Source: the human T2T-CHM13v2.0 reference genome, Homo sapiens. Taken from it: a stretch of 64,000 bases of DNA. Shown here in pieces: positions 15,587 to 27,270 of the stretch. Positions within the stretch are counted from its first letter, which is position 1, and every line of letters begins with the position of its first letter. Both the position numbers and the translations under genes were made by a program. The stretch lies in NCBI RefSeq assembly GCF_009914755.1, contig NC_060936.1; one strand, 5' to 3'. The notes beneath the pieces were generated by a model. It was not told the origin of the DNA. It made no database searches and worked only from the letters and a program-made list of their open reading frames with translations.

Positions 15587-16518
15587 AACACCATGATATA
15601 GTTTGAGAAATACATCAAAAAAGTTTCAGTTCCAATACTCTTAAGCACCTATTGCCCATAAATCTAAGCTTCTCAGGAACGATGACTCCATCTTACTCAT
15701 CTTTTTATTGTCTGTGAATGTTAAGAGCAAACTGCACATACTATGTTCAGTAAGTATTAGTTTAATGTATAGATACTCCTGCATTCTCAGTGACTTTGGC
15801 AATGCAGTTAGAAATAGATTGGGCACATGGGTGAGATGATTAATATAATACGATTTCTAAAAGTCAGTCTTAGATAATACTATAACAGCAGTAGACAGAA
15901 CTACATGGTTTTTTCCATAACATAATTAATTATCATTACCCTTCCTTTTCTGATTCCTGTTTTCCTCTTCTACTTCCTCCAATGACTCCTCCCCATCTTC
16001 TAACGCTTGTGTGTGTGTGTAAAGTTTTTATTATCTTAAAGATGCTTTCATTTACATTATTTCATAATTATTATCTATGCTCACAAGTTCTTTAATAATC
16101 ATCTTTCTATTAGTGGTGATAAGACTGACAGCCATATCTTGTTTAACCCGAATTTAAAATTAAAAGAATTGAAAAATCACCATTATAAAGTGCAAAATAT
16201 GCAAAATCAATTCTTCTCCCTTATTTTGTCAATTATGTATAAATGTTTTTCTAAGAATTTACAAGGAAATTATTATAAAGCCATAGCCTTATGGCATTAA
16301 AATGCCAAGCCCTGTAGAATATTTCTTTCTACTACCTTGTATGACTCTACAAACAATAAGGTGAGGGTGACGTATAACGACACCTAGGAAAGTTGTTACC
16401 ACCAGTAAGACATATTAATCCAACTGACAGAAATCTCAGGTCTGCATTCCCCTGTGATATAATGAAATAAAAACATAATTGATGACACCAAGTATTTAGT
16501 TCTGGGCATATATATGCA

Positions 16519-16521
<3 letters not shown>

Positions 16522-16574
<53 letters not shown>

Positions 16575-16587
16575 TATACACACATAC
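16522..16587. repeat. Pure (AT)~19 followed by (CA)n
   Basis: Uninterrupted AT run 16522-16560. Confidence 0.95.
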
Positions 16588-19500
16588 ATGCAGACAGATA
16601 CCTACTGTATACATTTTATTTCTTGTCAAAGAAAGTAATAGAAGACATTCATAACATTTATTCGTTATACACACTTGTAAAGAATTAATAGTGATAATAC
16701 AATTCACTATGGAAATTCTGTTAAATTTTTTTTTGTATTTTCATAATCATGAATTATTTCATCCAATATTATTCTAAAATTGTATATTACAAATATAAAA
16801 GACAGATGTTACTTGAATATTTCTGGGTTTTAGCTACATTTAATTTACCTTAAACGTTCTATCTATGTTAACTAAACTTTTCAAATATGAGGCAGAAACA
16901 CTCATAAACTAATTAACAAGCATTTCATACACTATAAGATAAAGTATGGTCATGTTCACCAATTCCTGCAGAAAGTTTGGTAACTTTCAAATCTCAGCTG
17001 TGCTAAATCTTGATAATAAAAGAAAGGCTGAGATTTAATGGAAGCTTGTTAGTAACTTTTTCACCCCTTTTAAAGGAGTAGGTTTCTTTAGCAACGTTTA
17101 ATACTTCACAGACTAAAGTGGCCAAGTAAAAGAGCGCTGCATGTTTGAGATCTCACACATTCATCTTCTCACTAAACATCTGTTTAAGGTCTGTGTGATC
17201 TACCTGTCAGCACTAGTGATCCATAAAGTGTTTGAACCTCCTGTCACAAACCTCTGAGCTGGTTTGATCAGAGGCTTTGTGCACACTAATCACACCCTTT
17301 ATCTTTCTAATGTTGAGGGGGAAAACACACACATACACACACACACATACACAGTAAGGCTGTCTTCTCAACCTGACTGTAATTAATCTTTCTGAGGAGG
17401 GACCTGCCTGGTTTGAAAAGGAAAGATCTGATGGGCTGCTGCTCTTTTTGTATAAAGGCCTTATTTTCCTACCAGGCATCTTTATACTTGGGTGGTACCC
17501 TTTACAAACCACCTTAACTGTGGCTCAGTGACAGTGAAACAACCTTCAAGATCACCTTATGAATGAACCTGTTGGTAACTTTACGTAAGAAAAGAAACCA
17601 ATAAAAGGGGGTTCTACAGGAGCTCGTTTAAATGATTCTCTCTTTTTAACTGCATGCAGGAAGAAAGGAGCCAGAATGTGAAGCGGTCCCCTTTTGATGT
17701 TCCTTGTAAGCTTCTCTCTCCACTAACAATCCCACTGCTACTTTTCTCTTGCTCAGTTGCACACAAATGTATTGAGAGCTGCAGGAGCTCCTAGAGAGGG
17801 AACATTTAACATCTTTTTTTTTTTTAACTGTTTAAAGTAATGCTTTATGCATCTTGCTTCTCACCACTATTTGCTTTTTATTGCTTTAAGTGAGATTAAT
17901 GACATGGTTGAAATAACTTGGAATGGCACTGATATTCAAAATGTAACGGACCATTCCCAAGGGACATAATCCCTTGTGTAACTGTTTAAAAACAATTTGG
18001 AATATAGTAAACAAATGGCAAAGAGGGGGGAGAAAACAATGTGAGTCAGCCATAAAAGTAGATAAAAGAGTACAAATTATAGTTATCTGATGATATTCTC
18101 TAATAACTGGTCCTGGTATGAAATATTATATTTAGTATTTATACACACTATTGGAACTAAGAACCAAATGTTATTAGAATGCACATAAATCCAACAAATA
18201 AGATATTCAGTCAATTGCTGGATAAATTCTATCTAGTTATGCAGATAAATTCTTACAGGATTGGGTAGCATAAACTAACCTAAATGAAAGCATGTCAAAT
18301 ACATGGTCTCATGAAGTTTACAACAAAACTCCTAGCTGTAATTAAAAGTTGGAAAGTCTAGAACTATAGAGGGACAAAATATACCACATTTTATAATAAC
18401 TCCAGCTAGGTAAAAAAACATTAAAATATGGAATGAAAAATCATGGTGAATATTTTTAGTACAGAAAAGTACATTTATTCAAAATAGGGCTAAAATTTTA
18501 AGTTAAAACACATAAGTCAATATAAAGAGATTCAAATAAATAGTATTTTAATGTATCCTGCTTGTTAAAAATTCTCTATTTTAAAACCTTAAAATATTAA
18601 CCATAGAGAACTTTGACATAAAGTGTTATAGTGGCATTTTCATGTCACTATAAACTACTTATTTCTCTGTGGATGTTATATTTTAGTGCTAATCCAACGT
18701 TATTATAAACAAATTTGGAATTGTTGCAGAATGAGATAGAGGATATACCTATATCTATCTATATCTAGGCAGTCTACAACTAATATGTTTATAAACCTCA
18801 CTTCAGACTATATATACATTCTCAAAATACATATATTTTAAGACACTTTAACTCATGGCTTAAGACAATTCTCTATGATGTCCAAATGATCAATAATAAT
18901 AAACTAGATTTCCTATTAGTGCAGTTATGAAATAAAGTATTAAATAATTAACTTATATAGAGTTACAGGACCAGGTTTAAGTTTTATTCTATTGAAGGTA
19001 TGGCTGTAGTCACCTTGCATGTGCCTTCTGCTCCATCCTAATGAAAAGCCTATTCATTGCATTGCCATTCATGGCTGATTGGGAGATTTCTTTTGTTTTT
19101 AGGCTGGTTCTTTAGGTCATCCAATCGTTAGCAGGTAGCAACATCAAGAGAGGCCTGGCATAGGATTGGATTTTTAAGAGTACTTCTAAATCAAAGCAAA
19201 CTACAGAAATTCCTATCTGTCGAGCCCCTTAGTCTTGGCCATCCTGAGTGAATTAGTCTGAGTTTCAGGGAACATGAGTCAGACTGAATGTGTATGGCAT
19301 TCACTTGGCTTCAAAAAGGATACAGTCCCAGGAAACTCTGCATTCTGATATAGGCCAGGGCGTACTACATTAGAGATAAGAGTAGAATATACAGAGAGCA
19401 ACGATTATGTGCTACAATTTAACTATGTATTTAAAAATATCATAATTTATAGGATCATTTCACTTTCATGGTCTCGATTTTAGTTTTGGACTTCTTTTAT

Positions 19501-20049
19501 AAACCTAAAATTAAAGTAATAAAGCGTTTATTCATTCATTTTAAGGTTACATTTTCCTTTCAGGAACTTTTTATTTTTTAACATAATGTGACTAGGGTTT
19601 CAAAATAGGCACCTCTTTCATAAAGAACTAAGAAGTTAATTTGCACTTCCACACATTTTCATTAAAACAATCTGAAAATGTGGCTGATTGTAAAGACTCC
19701 TGATTTGATTAAAACATTATTTTCAGAGGGTGGATTTGTTCTCTATATTAACCTTTTCTAGGTCGGAAAGCTGAGGATTTTTAATTCTTTTCAACTGATG
19801 CCTTTATGGAGCAATTAACACACTTCTCGTAAGAGACTCAAATATATGGTGCGAAAACAAAAAAATAAATACTATCTAGATTCTCCTCTCAATGAGAGAA
19901 GATAGAAAATGGCTTAAGTAAGTGTAATACAAGGTACAAAGTAGTAGGACCATAAAAGAAGCATAGAATGGTAAATACTATAGAGGTTCAGAAGAATTTT
20001 TTTGTTCTAGGAAAATCTGGGAACTATTTTTTTTTTTTCTTGGAAAATT

Positions 20050-20670
20050 TGGGAACTATTTATAGATAAGAAATCAGGCCAGTTTGGCCTTACTGAATGT
20101 GACTACATTTGACATGGAGAGAGGTAGTAGAGAATACTATTCCAGGAAAAGGAATCCATATAAAAAAAAAAACAAACACAGAGGCTAGAAAGTCTGAAAA
20201 GTGTGGAGAACAGAAGAACGATTAAGTTTGGCTGAATCATCAATTTGTAAAAGGAAATAATAGAAAATAAATTCAGAAAAGTCAACTAGCACCAAATTGA
20301 AGAGGGTCTTCAGTGACAGGCAAAAACCAAACATTTAATTTTGTAGAGAGTCAGTAGCTGTCAAAGATTTTTGAGTCAACGATAAACATTAGGAGAGTTT
20401 TTCTTTCAGAACATTGATCTGACAGCAATGCACAGAGCTGACAGGAGAGCGAAGCTACTGGCATCAGAACAGTTAGGTAGCTGTTGCAGAGATGAGTGAT
20501 AATGAGAATTTGAACATGTGGCAGGAAAGTGGAAACAGAAAAAGACATAAGGAATATCATAAAGGCAAAATCAATACACGCACAACGTTATAGAAAACAA
20601 AATGTGCGGTGGAAGGCATCAAAAATGAACTCAAAGTTTTGAAGTTAGATGATTGGGAGACTGGTGATAA
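20050..20670 (-). mobile_element. L2 LINE fragment
   Basis: Purine-rich antisense L2 text: caaagatttttgag...tcaaaaatgaactcaaagttttgaag...gattggga. Confidence 0.6.
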
Positions 20671-20934
20671 TATCATTAGTCATTTGTAGCCCACAAATTC
20701 ACAAGATTAGGACTTCCTCATAGAATACGTGGCTGGTATTTCAGCGACTGAATGTTAATACAAGGTACCTCTATACTACACTTCACATTACATTTAAACA
20801 TACAAGATCATCATGAAAACCATTTCATAGAGCTGGAAAATTGTTGTATTGACTAAGAATCATTTCCTCACTGCTCAGAACTATTTGCCACAGAGTAGAA
20901 GGTTAGGGACAAACAAAATGGGTTCAGGGAATCT

Positions 20935-21248
20935 TTTATTTTTAAATTTTATTTATTTATTTTGAGATAGGGTCTTGCTCTGGTGCCCAGGCTGGAGTGC
21001 AGTGACGTGATCAGAGCTCACTTCAGCCTCTAACTCCTCAGCTCAAGGGAACCTCCCACCTCAGCCTCCAGAGTAGTTGGGATTATGGGTGAGTGCCATC
21101 ATCCCCAGCTAATATTTTTAATTTTTTTGTGGAGATGGGGATCTCCCTGTGCTGCCCAGACTGGTCTCACACTCCTGGGCTCAAGCAATCCTCCAACCTC
21201 ACCCTCCCAGTGTGTTGGGATTACAGGCGTGAGCTACAATGCCCAGAC
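20935..21248 (-). mobile_element. Alu (AluJ-type)
   Basis: gagatagggtcttgctctgg...ctcctgggctcaagcaatcctcc. Confidence 0.92.
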
Positions 21249-22083
21249 AAGGGCTCCTTTAGAAAGCCTAAATACAGAAGCATCCTCTAGTATACCCAGA
21301 CCCTTGGGGTTTTATAAAAAAGGAAATGAAAAAATGTACTCAAAGGGCAATATTCTCACAATTCAGATGTATTAACAAGTACCCTCAGAGAAACCAAAAT
21401 CCTACGAGAGCCGCTTTAATTCTACTCCAATAGGAGCAAATATAGAAAGTACAGGGATTAAAGAATAAGGGTTTTATTATAGTAATAATTGTTATGTCAC
21501 CAATTTAAACAGTATTTTTAATGTAATGACAGTTCTCCTACTGGTTAGGAGGTTGTGTATGGTATGTGTTTGTGTTTCTGTTCATGTCTGTTTGACTTAC
21601 ATACTGAAAATACTACATCAGGATAGGAAATGTTAAATCATACTAGTATCAACGTAACTTTGAAGTAATATTTTAGCTTTAAGGTTGACATATGAAACTG
21701 GATGAATTTTGAACATTTAATTACAGCATATTAATTCTAGTGTTATTAGTACTAAATAATTTTAAATGGAACTTCTGCCCAGTCCAATATTTCAGCAGCT
21801 TGAAGTGAAAAGGAATGGACTGTTTTGGCATTTTCCTCTTATCACATCAAGACCTATTTTTACTGAAAAGTATTATTTGTATGCTATTCCAACGGAAAAA
21901 GTCACATATTAGAAAAACATATGGCTTTATTATGGGATAATAGGTTACATACAGACACACACCACACGCACACACTCAAAGACACACACGGTAAGAAAGA
22001 GAAAGTTCTTTGTTGGATTAAACAGACAGCTTGTTATATGTGGTACATAATTTGGCCTGGAATATTTTCAGTGCAATATATGA

Positions 22084-22816
22084 TATATATTTTTTTTATT
22101 ATACTTTAAGTTCTAGGGTACATGTGCACAACGTGCAGGTTTGTTACATATGTATACATGTGCCATGTTGGTGTGCTGCACCCATTAACTTGTCATTTAC
22201 ATTAGGTATATCTCCTAATGCTTTCCCTCCCCGCTTCCCCTACCCCACAACAGGCCCCGGTGTGTGATGTTCCCCTTCCTGTGTCCAAGTATTCTTGTTG
22301 TTCACTTCCCACCTATGAGTGAGAACATGTGGTGTCTGGTTTTTTGTTCTTGTGATAGTTGGCTGAGAATGATGGTTTCCAGCTTCATCCATGTCCCCAC
22401 AAAGGACATGAACTCATCCTTTTTTATGGCTGCATAGTATTCCATGGTGTATATGTGCCACATTTTCTTAATCCAGTCTATCATTGTTGGACATTTGGGT
22501 TGGTTCCAAGTCTTTGCTATTGTGAATAGTGCCACAATAAACAAACGTGTGCATGTGCCTTTATAGCAGCATGATTTATAATCGTTTGGGTATATACCCA
22601 GTAATGGGATGGCTGGGTCAAATGGTATTTCTAGTTCTAGATCCTTGAGGAATCGCCACACTGTCTTCCACAATGGTTGAACTAGTTTACAGTCCCACCA
22701 ACAGGGTTAAAGTGTTCCTATTTCTCAACATCCTCTCCAGCACCTGTTGTTTCCTGACTTTTTAATGATCACCATTCTAACTGGTGTGAGATGGTATCTA
22801 ATTGTGGTTTTGATTT
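22084..22816 (-). mobile_element. 5'-truncated primate L1 (L1PA, roughly PA4-6): ORF2 C-terminus plus 3'UTR
   Basis: ORF 22302..22673(-) WRFLKDLELEIPFDPAIPLLGIYP...MWHIYTMEYYAAIKKDEFMSF is the L1 ORF2p C-terminus. Poly(T) is followed by ttattatactttaagttctagggtacatgtgcac. 14-bp TSD agtgc(a/t)atatatga at 22070-22083 and 22817-22830. Confidence 0.96.
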
Positions 22817-23749
22817 AGTGCTATATATGACTTTAAAAACATCACCTTCAATATAGATCCATCAGTTCAAGGAGTGCCTTGAAATTAGAAATGAAAAAAA
22901 TGTATTGTTCCATTTACCCTTAATTACAAATATACTCATCTCATAATAAAAACAAAAGAGGTACCTTATTTTCAAAAAGAGTCTATTTCTATGTTGCCTT
23001 TTTTTCTGTTTACATCGGCAATGTGGCATATTAGTTTGTCACTTTAAGAAAGCTCTGTTACTTGATGAAGCCTTATTATCTCCCATGTGAAATAAAACTA
23101 AGAAAATAATTCACATTACACCATAGGGTTGGATAGTCTTCACTTCTTAATTTTTAAACTTAGCACCGTCAATTAACATTTATCAAATATACCCTGTGGT
23201 TTTATTTTTGGCATAATTTTTGTCAAAGCTATAAAATACAGGCAAAGCAGTGTATGTGTCTATATGCATAGGAAATAATTGTGCATTTAAATATATATTT
23301 ATGCCAAATCAACAATGTTGCTACACACATGCTGTATATCTTTGAAGCAAAAATGTATTATTAATAACATTTGAGATTAATAGCCTGTTTCTAGTATCTT
23401 CTAATACATTATTTTTTTCTGTTTCAATGTGTCTTATGAAAAGATATGCTGATAAACTTGATATAGCTTATAAAACACATGATGAAATATTTGTTATACG
23501 TAAGCAAAACTAAACAGAAAACGTTAACAGAAAGAATCTGAAGTAATTACAATTGGAAAATGGAACTAGAAAGCTTAAAAATATTATATTGATAAAGTAA
23601 TTATCCTAACACAATATAACAAGTCCTGGCACTTACCTCAAAAAGAAATGAAACAAATCATTTCATTGTAAATTCTATTTCTGAATCATGATCATCACCA
23701 CAAAGATGCTATTAATATTTTCTTTTTAACCACCATTTACCAAGTACCC

Positions 23750-23950
23750 TCTTTTAGCTGGGCACCATCTTGGTGCTCTAATTTATTTCTAATGACTATA
23801 ACAAACTTGAAACAAAGATATATTATCTGTATCTTAGAAATGAGGAGAATGAGTAAATTGCTCAGGTCATACAGGTAGTGAGTAGCTGAGCAGCCATTTA
23901 AACTTTGTTTTGTCTGACTGGTGAGAATCGTGCTATTTTCACTGCACCTC
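23750..23950 (-). mobile_element. MIR SINE
   Basis: gagtaaattgctcaggtcatacaggtagtgagtagctgagc. Confidence 0.65.
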
Positions 23951-24782
23951 TCACATGAGAACCATGTGAGAACAATGCCAATACATCAGCCACAACTCTT
24001 AAATCAATAAAAACCAGTCGATCATGATCACTTGTTTAAAAATTTGACTGAATTCATCAAATATTTTGGTATCATATTAGACCCTACCCAAGAGGGATAC
24101 GTAATTTCCCATTCACATGGTCAGGAGTCTAGAGTATGGTGGTAGTAAGAGTAATGGAAAACATGTAAACCTGGTATATTAAAATTTCTTAGTGATGAAG
24201 GCAATTTGTACAGATTTCCTCCACTGAACTGATATGGATTAGGTACAAACGAGTCTTAGGCTAGGTCCACACACTCAGCAATAGAGCTGTTAAGAGACTT
24301 CTATTGATTGTAACTTCAGGACAAACCCAGCAGCCAGGTTTATCTGGAGAAAACATATGGTTATAGTCACCATCTTAATGAACTTTTCACATGTTAGTAT
24401 TATTAGCTAGAATTTACAAATGAAGAAAGTAGACCTCAGAAAGATTAAGTAACATCTAAGTGTATGCAACTAAGTGTGATGGGCCAAGATTTAAACAAAG
24501 TCCTTTGACACTAAGTTCAGAGTGCTATAGACTATATCATTCAATAATAATACTGTGTCTTTATAAACCACAGCTACACTGAAAAACAACTATGAAATGT
24601 GACTAAAAGTTAAAATGAAATTATATCTAAAATAATAAAGCAACTTTGTACATTCACAGTGTTCCTGAAAGCCATACACTCATCCTTCTCTCTACTCATT
24701 CTTTTTTAGTAGCAATACTTTCTCACAGACACAAGATACCCAATAAATAATTGCCATATAAGGTATAAATAATTTTAATAGC

Positions 24783-25255
24783 TGTAGTAGGTTGAACTGT
24801 GTTCCCCCAAAAGATATGTCCAAGTCCCAACTCTTGGTACTTGTGAACATGATCTTATTTGAAAATAGAGTCTTTGTGGATGTATGAAAGAATGAGATAA
24901 TCTTGGATTTGGATTGGGCCCTAAATCAAAGAGTAGTTTCCTTATAAGAGAATGGAGAAGCATATTTAAGACACACAGACATAGGGGAGAAAACAGTGTA
25001 GGGACAGAGGCAGAGACTAGAGTCACGCATCTACAAGCCAAGCATCCCAAGGATGGCCAGGCGGCTGGCTGGCCACCAGAAGCTAGGGAGAGGCATGCTA
25101 CAGATGCTTCCTCAGAGCCTCCAGAAGGAATAAACCCTATCAACAACTTGATTTCAGACTCTGACCTCCATAATTGTGAGGGAATAAATTTCACTTGTTG
25201 TAAGCCACCAAGTTTGTGGGTAATTTATTACAGCAGGCCTACAGCACTAATAACA
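24783..25255 (+). mobile_element. MLT1 (B/C-like) MaLR solo LTR
   Basis: tgtagtaggttgaactgtgttcccccaaaagatatgtc...gaataaatttc...taagccaccaagtttgtgg...ctaataaca. Confidence 0.88.
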
Positions 25256-25491
25256 TAACAGTTCTAAAACTAGCACATGAAAACTTTACTCTCCCAATAT
25301 ATGGTAGTGAAGTGTGTAGAATTTCCTGCAGTTCTGGATGATACAGATAATCTACATCATTAATTCAGCCCTAGGGAATTTGTGGGATGTTGATTCTGTT
25401 AGAATTATCTGAATCATTAATACTGTGGCATTATTTAGTTCTTTCATGTTCCACTATTAATATAAGGGAAATATATATTCTCCAGTGTCTC

Positions 25492-25610
25492 TGTGTGTGT
25501 GTGTGTGTATGTGTGAATGTGTGTATTGAAATTATCTGGAATATATATAAATATATATATATATCTTTTATATATATAATATACATATATATGCGTGTGT
25601 GTATATATAT
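25492..25610. repeat. Compound (TG)/(TA) low-complexity repeat
   Basis: Directly visible. Confidence 0.85.
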
Positions 25611-25654
25611 AATCTATGACTAGCATTATTTAATAATATATGTAGATTATTATT

Positions 25655-25954
25655 GGCTGGGCATGGTGGCTCACACTGTAATCCCAGCACTTTGAGAGGC
25701 CAAAGCGGGTGGATCACTTGAAGTCAGGAGTTCAAGACCAGCCTGGCCAACATGGCGAAACCCCTTCTTTACTAAAAATTCAAAAATTAGTTGGGTGTGG
25801 CGGTGCACACCTGCAATCCCAGCTACTCGCAAAGCTGAGGCAGGATAATTGCTTGAACCTAGGGGGCAGAGGTTGCAGTGAGCCGAGATCATGAAACTGC
25901 ACCCAGACTAGGTGACAAAGCAAGACTCCGCCTCAAAAAAAAAAAAAAAGAAAA
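25655..25954 (+). mobile_element. Alu (AluS-type)
   Basis: Full dimer with poly(A); TSD-like agattatt. Confidence 0.94.
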
Positions 25955-26184
25955 GATTATTGGTCATGTTTCCTTGTTGGTACATTTGCTCTTTCTTAAC
26001 TGTTTGGTATCTGTATGATATTCCATGGTATGAATGTACAGAATAATTTTTCTTCTAAATAGTTATCTAAAATTTATCTTCTAAATACTAATGTAAATGA
26101 TATAAAGGCAATGGCAATAGACTAATTTTAGAACTACAGTTATAAATATTTAAAGTCATTTTTAACAGTATGTCTACACTTGTA

Positions 26185-26495
26185 GGCTGGGCGCAGTGTC
26201 TAGGCCTATAATTCTAGCACTTTGGGAGGCCGAGGCAGGTGGATAACTTGAGGTCAGGAGTTTAAGACCAGCGTGGCCAACATGGCGAAACCCTGTCTCT
26301 ATTAAAAATACAAAACTTCTCCAGGCATGGTGGTGTGCGCCTGTAATCCCAGCTATTAGGGAAGCTGAGGAACAGAATCGCTTGAACCCGGGAGGCGGAG
26401 GTTGCGGTGAGCCGAGATCGCGCCACTGTACTCCAGTGCGGGTGACAGAGTGAAAGTGTGTCTCAAAAAACAAGCAAACAACAAAAAAAACCCAC
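26185..26495 (+). mobile_element. Alu (AluS-type) with 21-bp TSD
   Basis: TSD aacagtatgtctacacttgta at 26164-26184 and 26496-26516. Confidence 0.95.
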
Positions 26496-26896
26496 AACAG
26501 TATGTCTACACTTGTAATCATTTTCTATGTTAAGTATGCCATGCTTTGAGATAACTTGATTTAATATACATAAAAAGCCAATGTAAAAAAAAGTAAGCTA
26601 TTATCTATAGATGAAAACAAATACTTGCTTTTCAAATGAATAAATCAATGCAAGATTCTTAGAAATGTGCTGCTTGAATTTTAGTCATACTTTGTAAAAT
26701 TTATTTATAAAGTTTGATCAAATTTCTATGCATATAGTAAGGTACACCTATGCATATAGTAAGGTACACCAGTAAGAAGAAATCTATATTAATTTTACAT
26801 AAGTAATTAATAGATAGTGAAATTGCATGGTATTGGTTACAGTTAATAACTATCTTTGAGAAGCATAGAGTTTCCTATGTTTTAAAAAAATGCATC

Positions 26897-27270
<374 letters not shown>

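Noticed and set aside
22302-22673. 123-aa ORF as an independent gene
   Set aside because: C-terminal remnant of L1 ORF2p in a 730-bp truncated insertion with no promoter, EN or RT.
24775-25258. Overlapping 139-aa and 114-aa ORFs
   Set aside because: Lie within an MLT1 LTR. The ORFs at 37188 and 58679 (THE1) and 42788-43159 (MLT2) are likewise LTR-derived.
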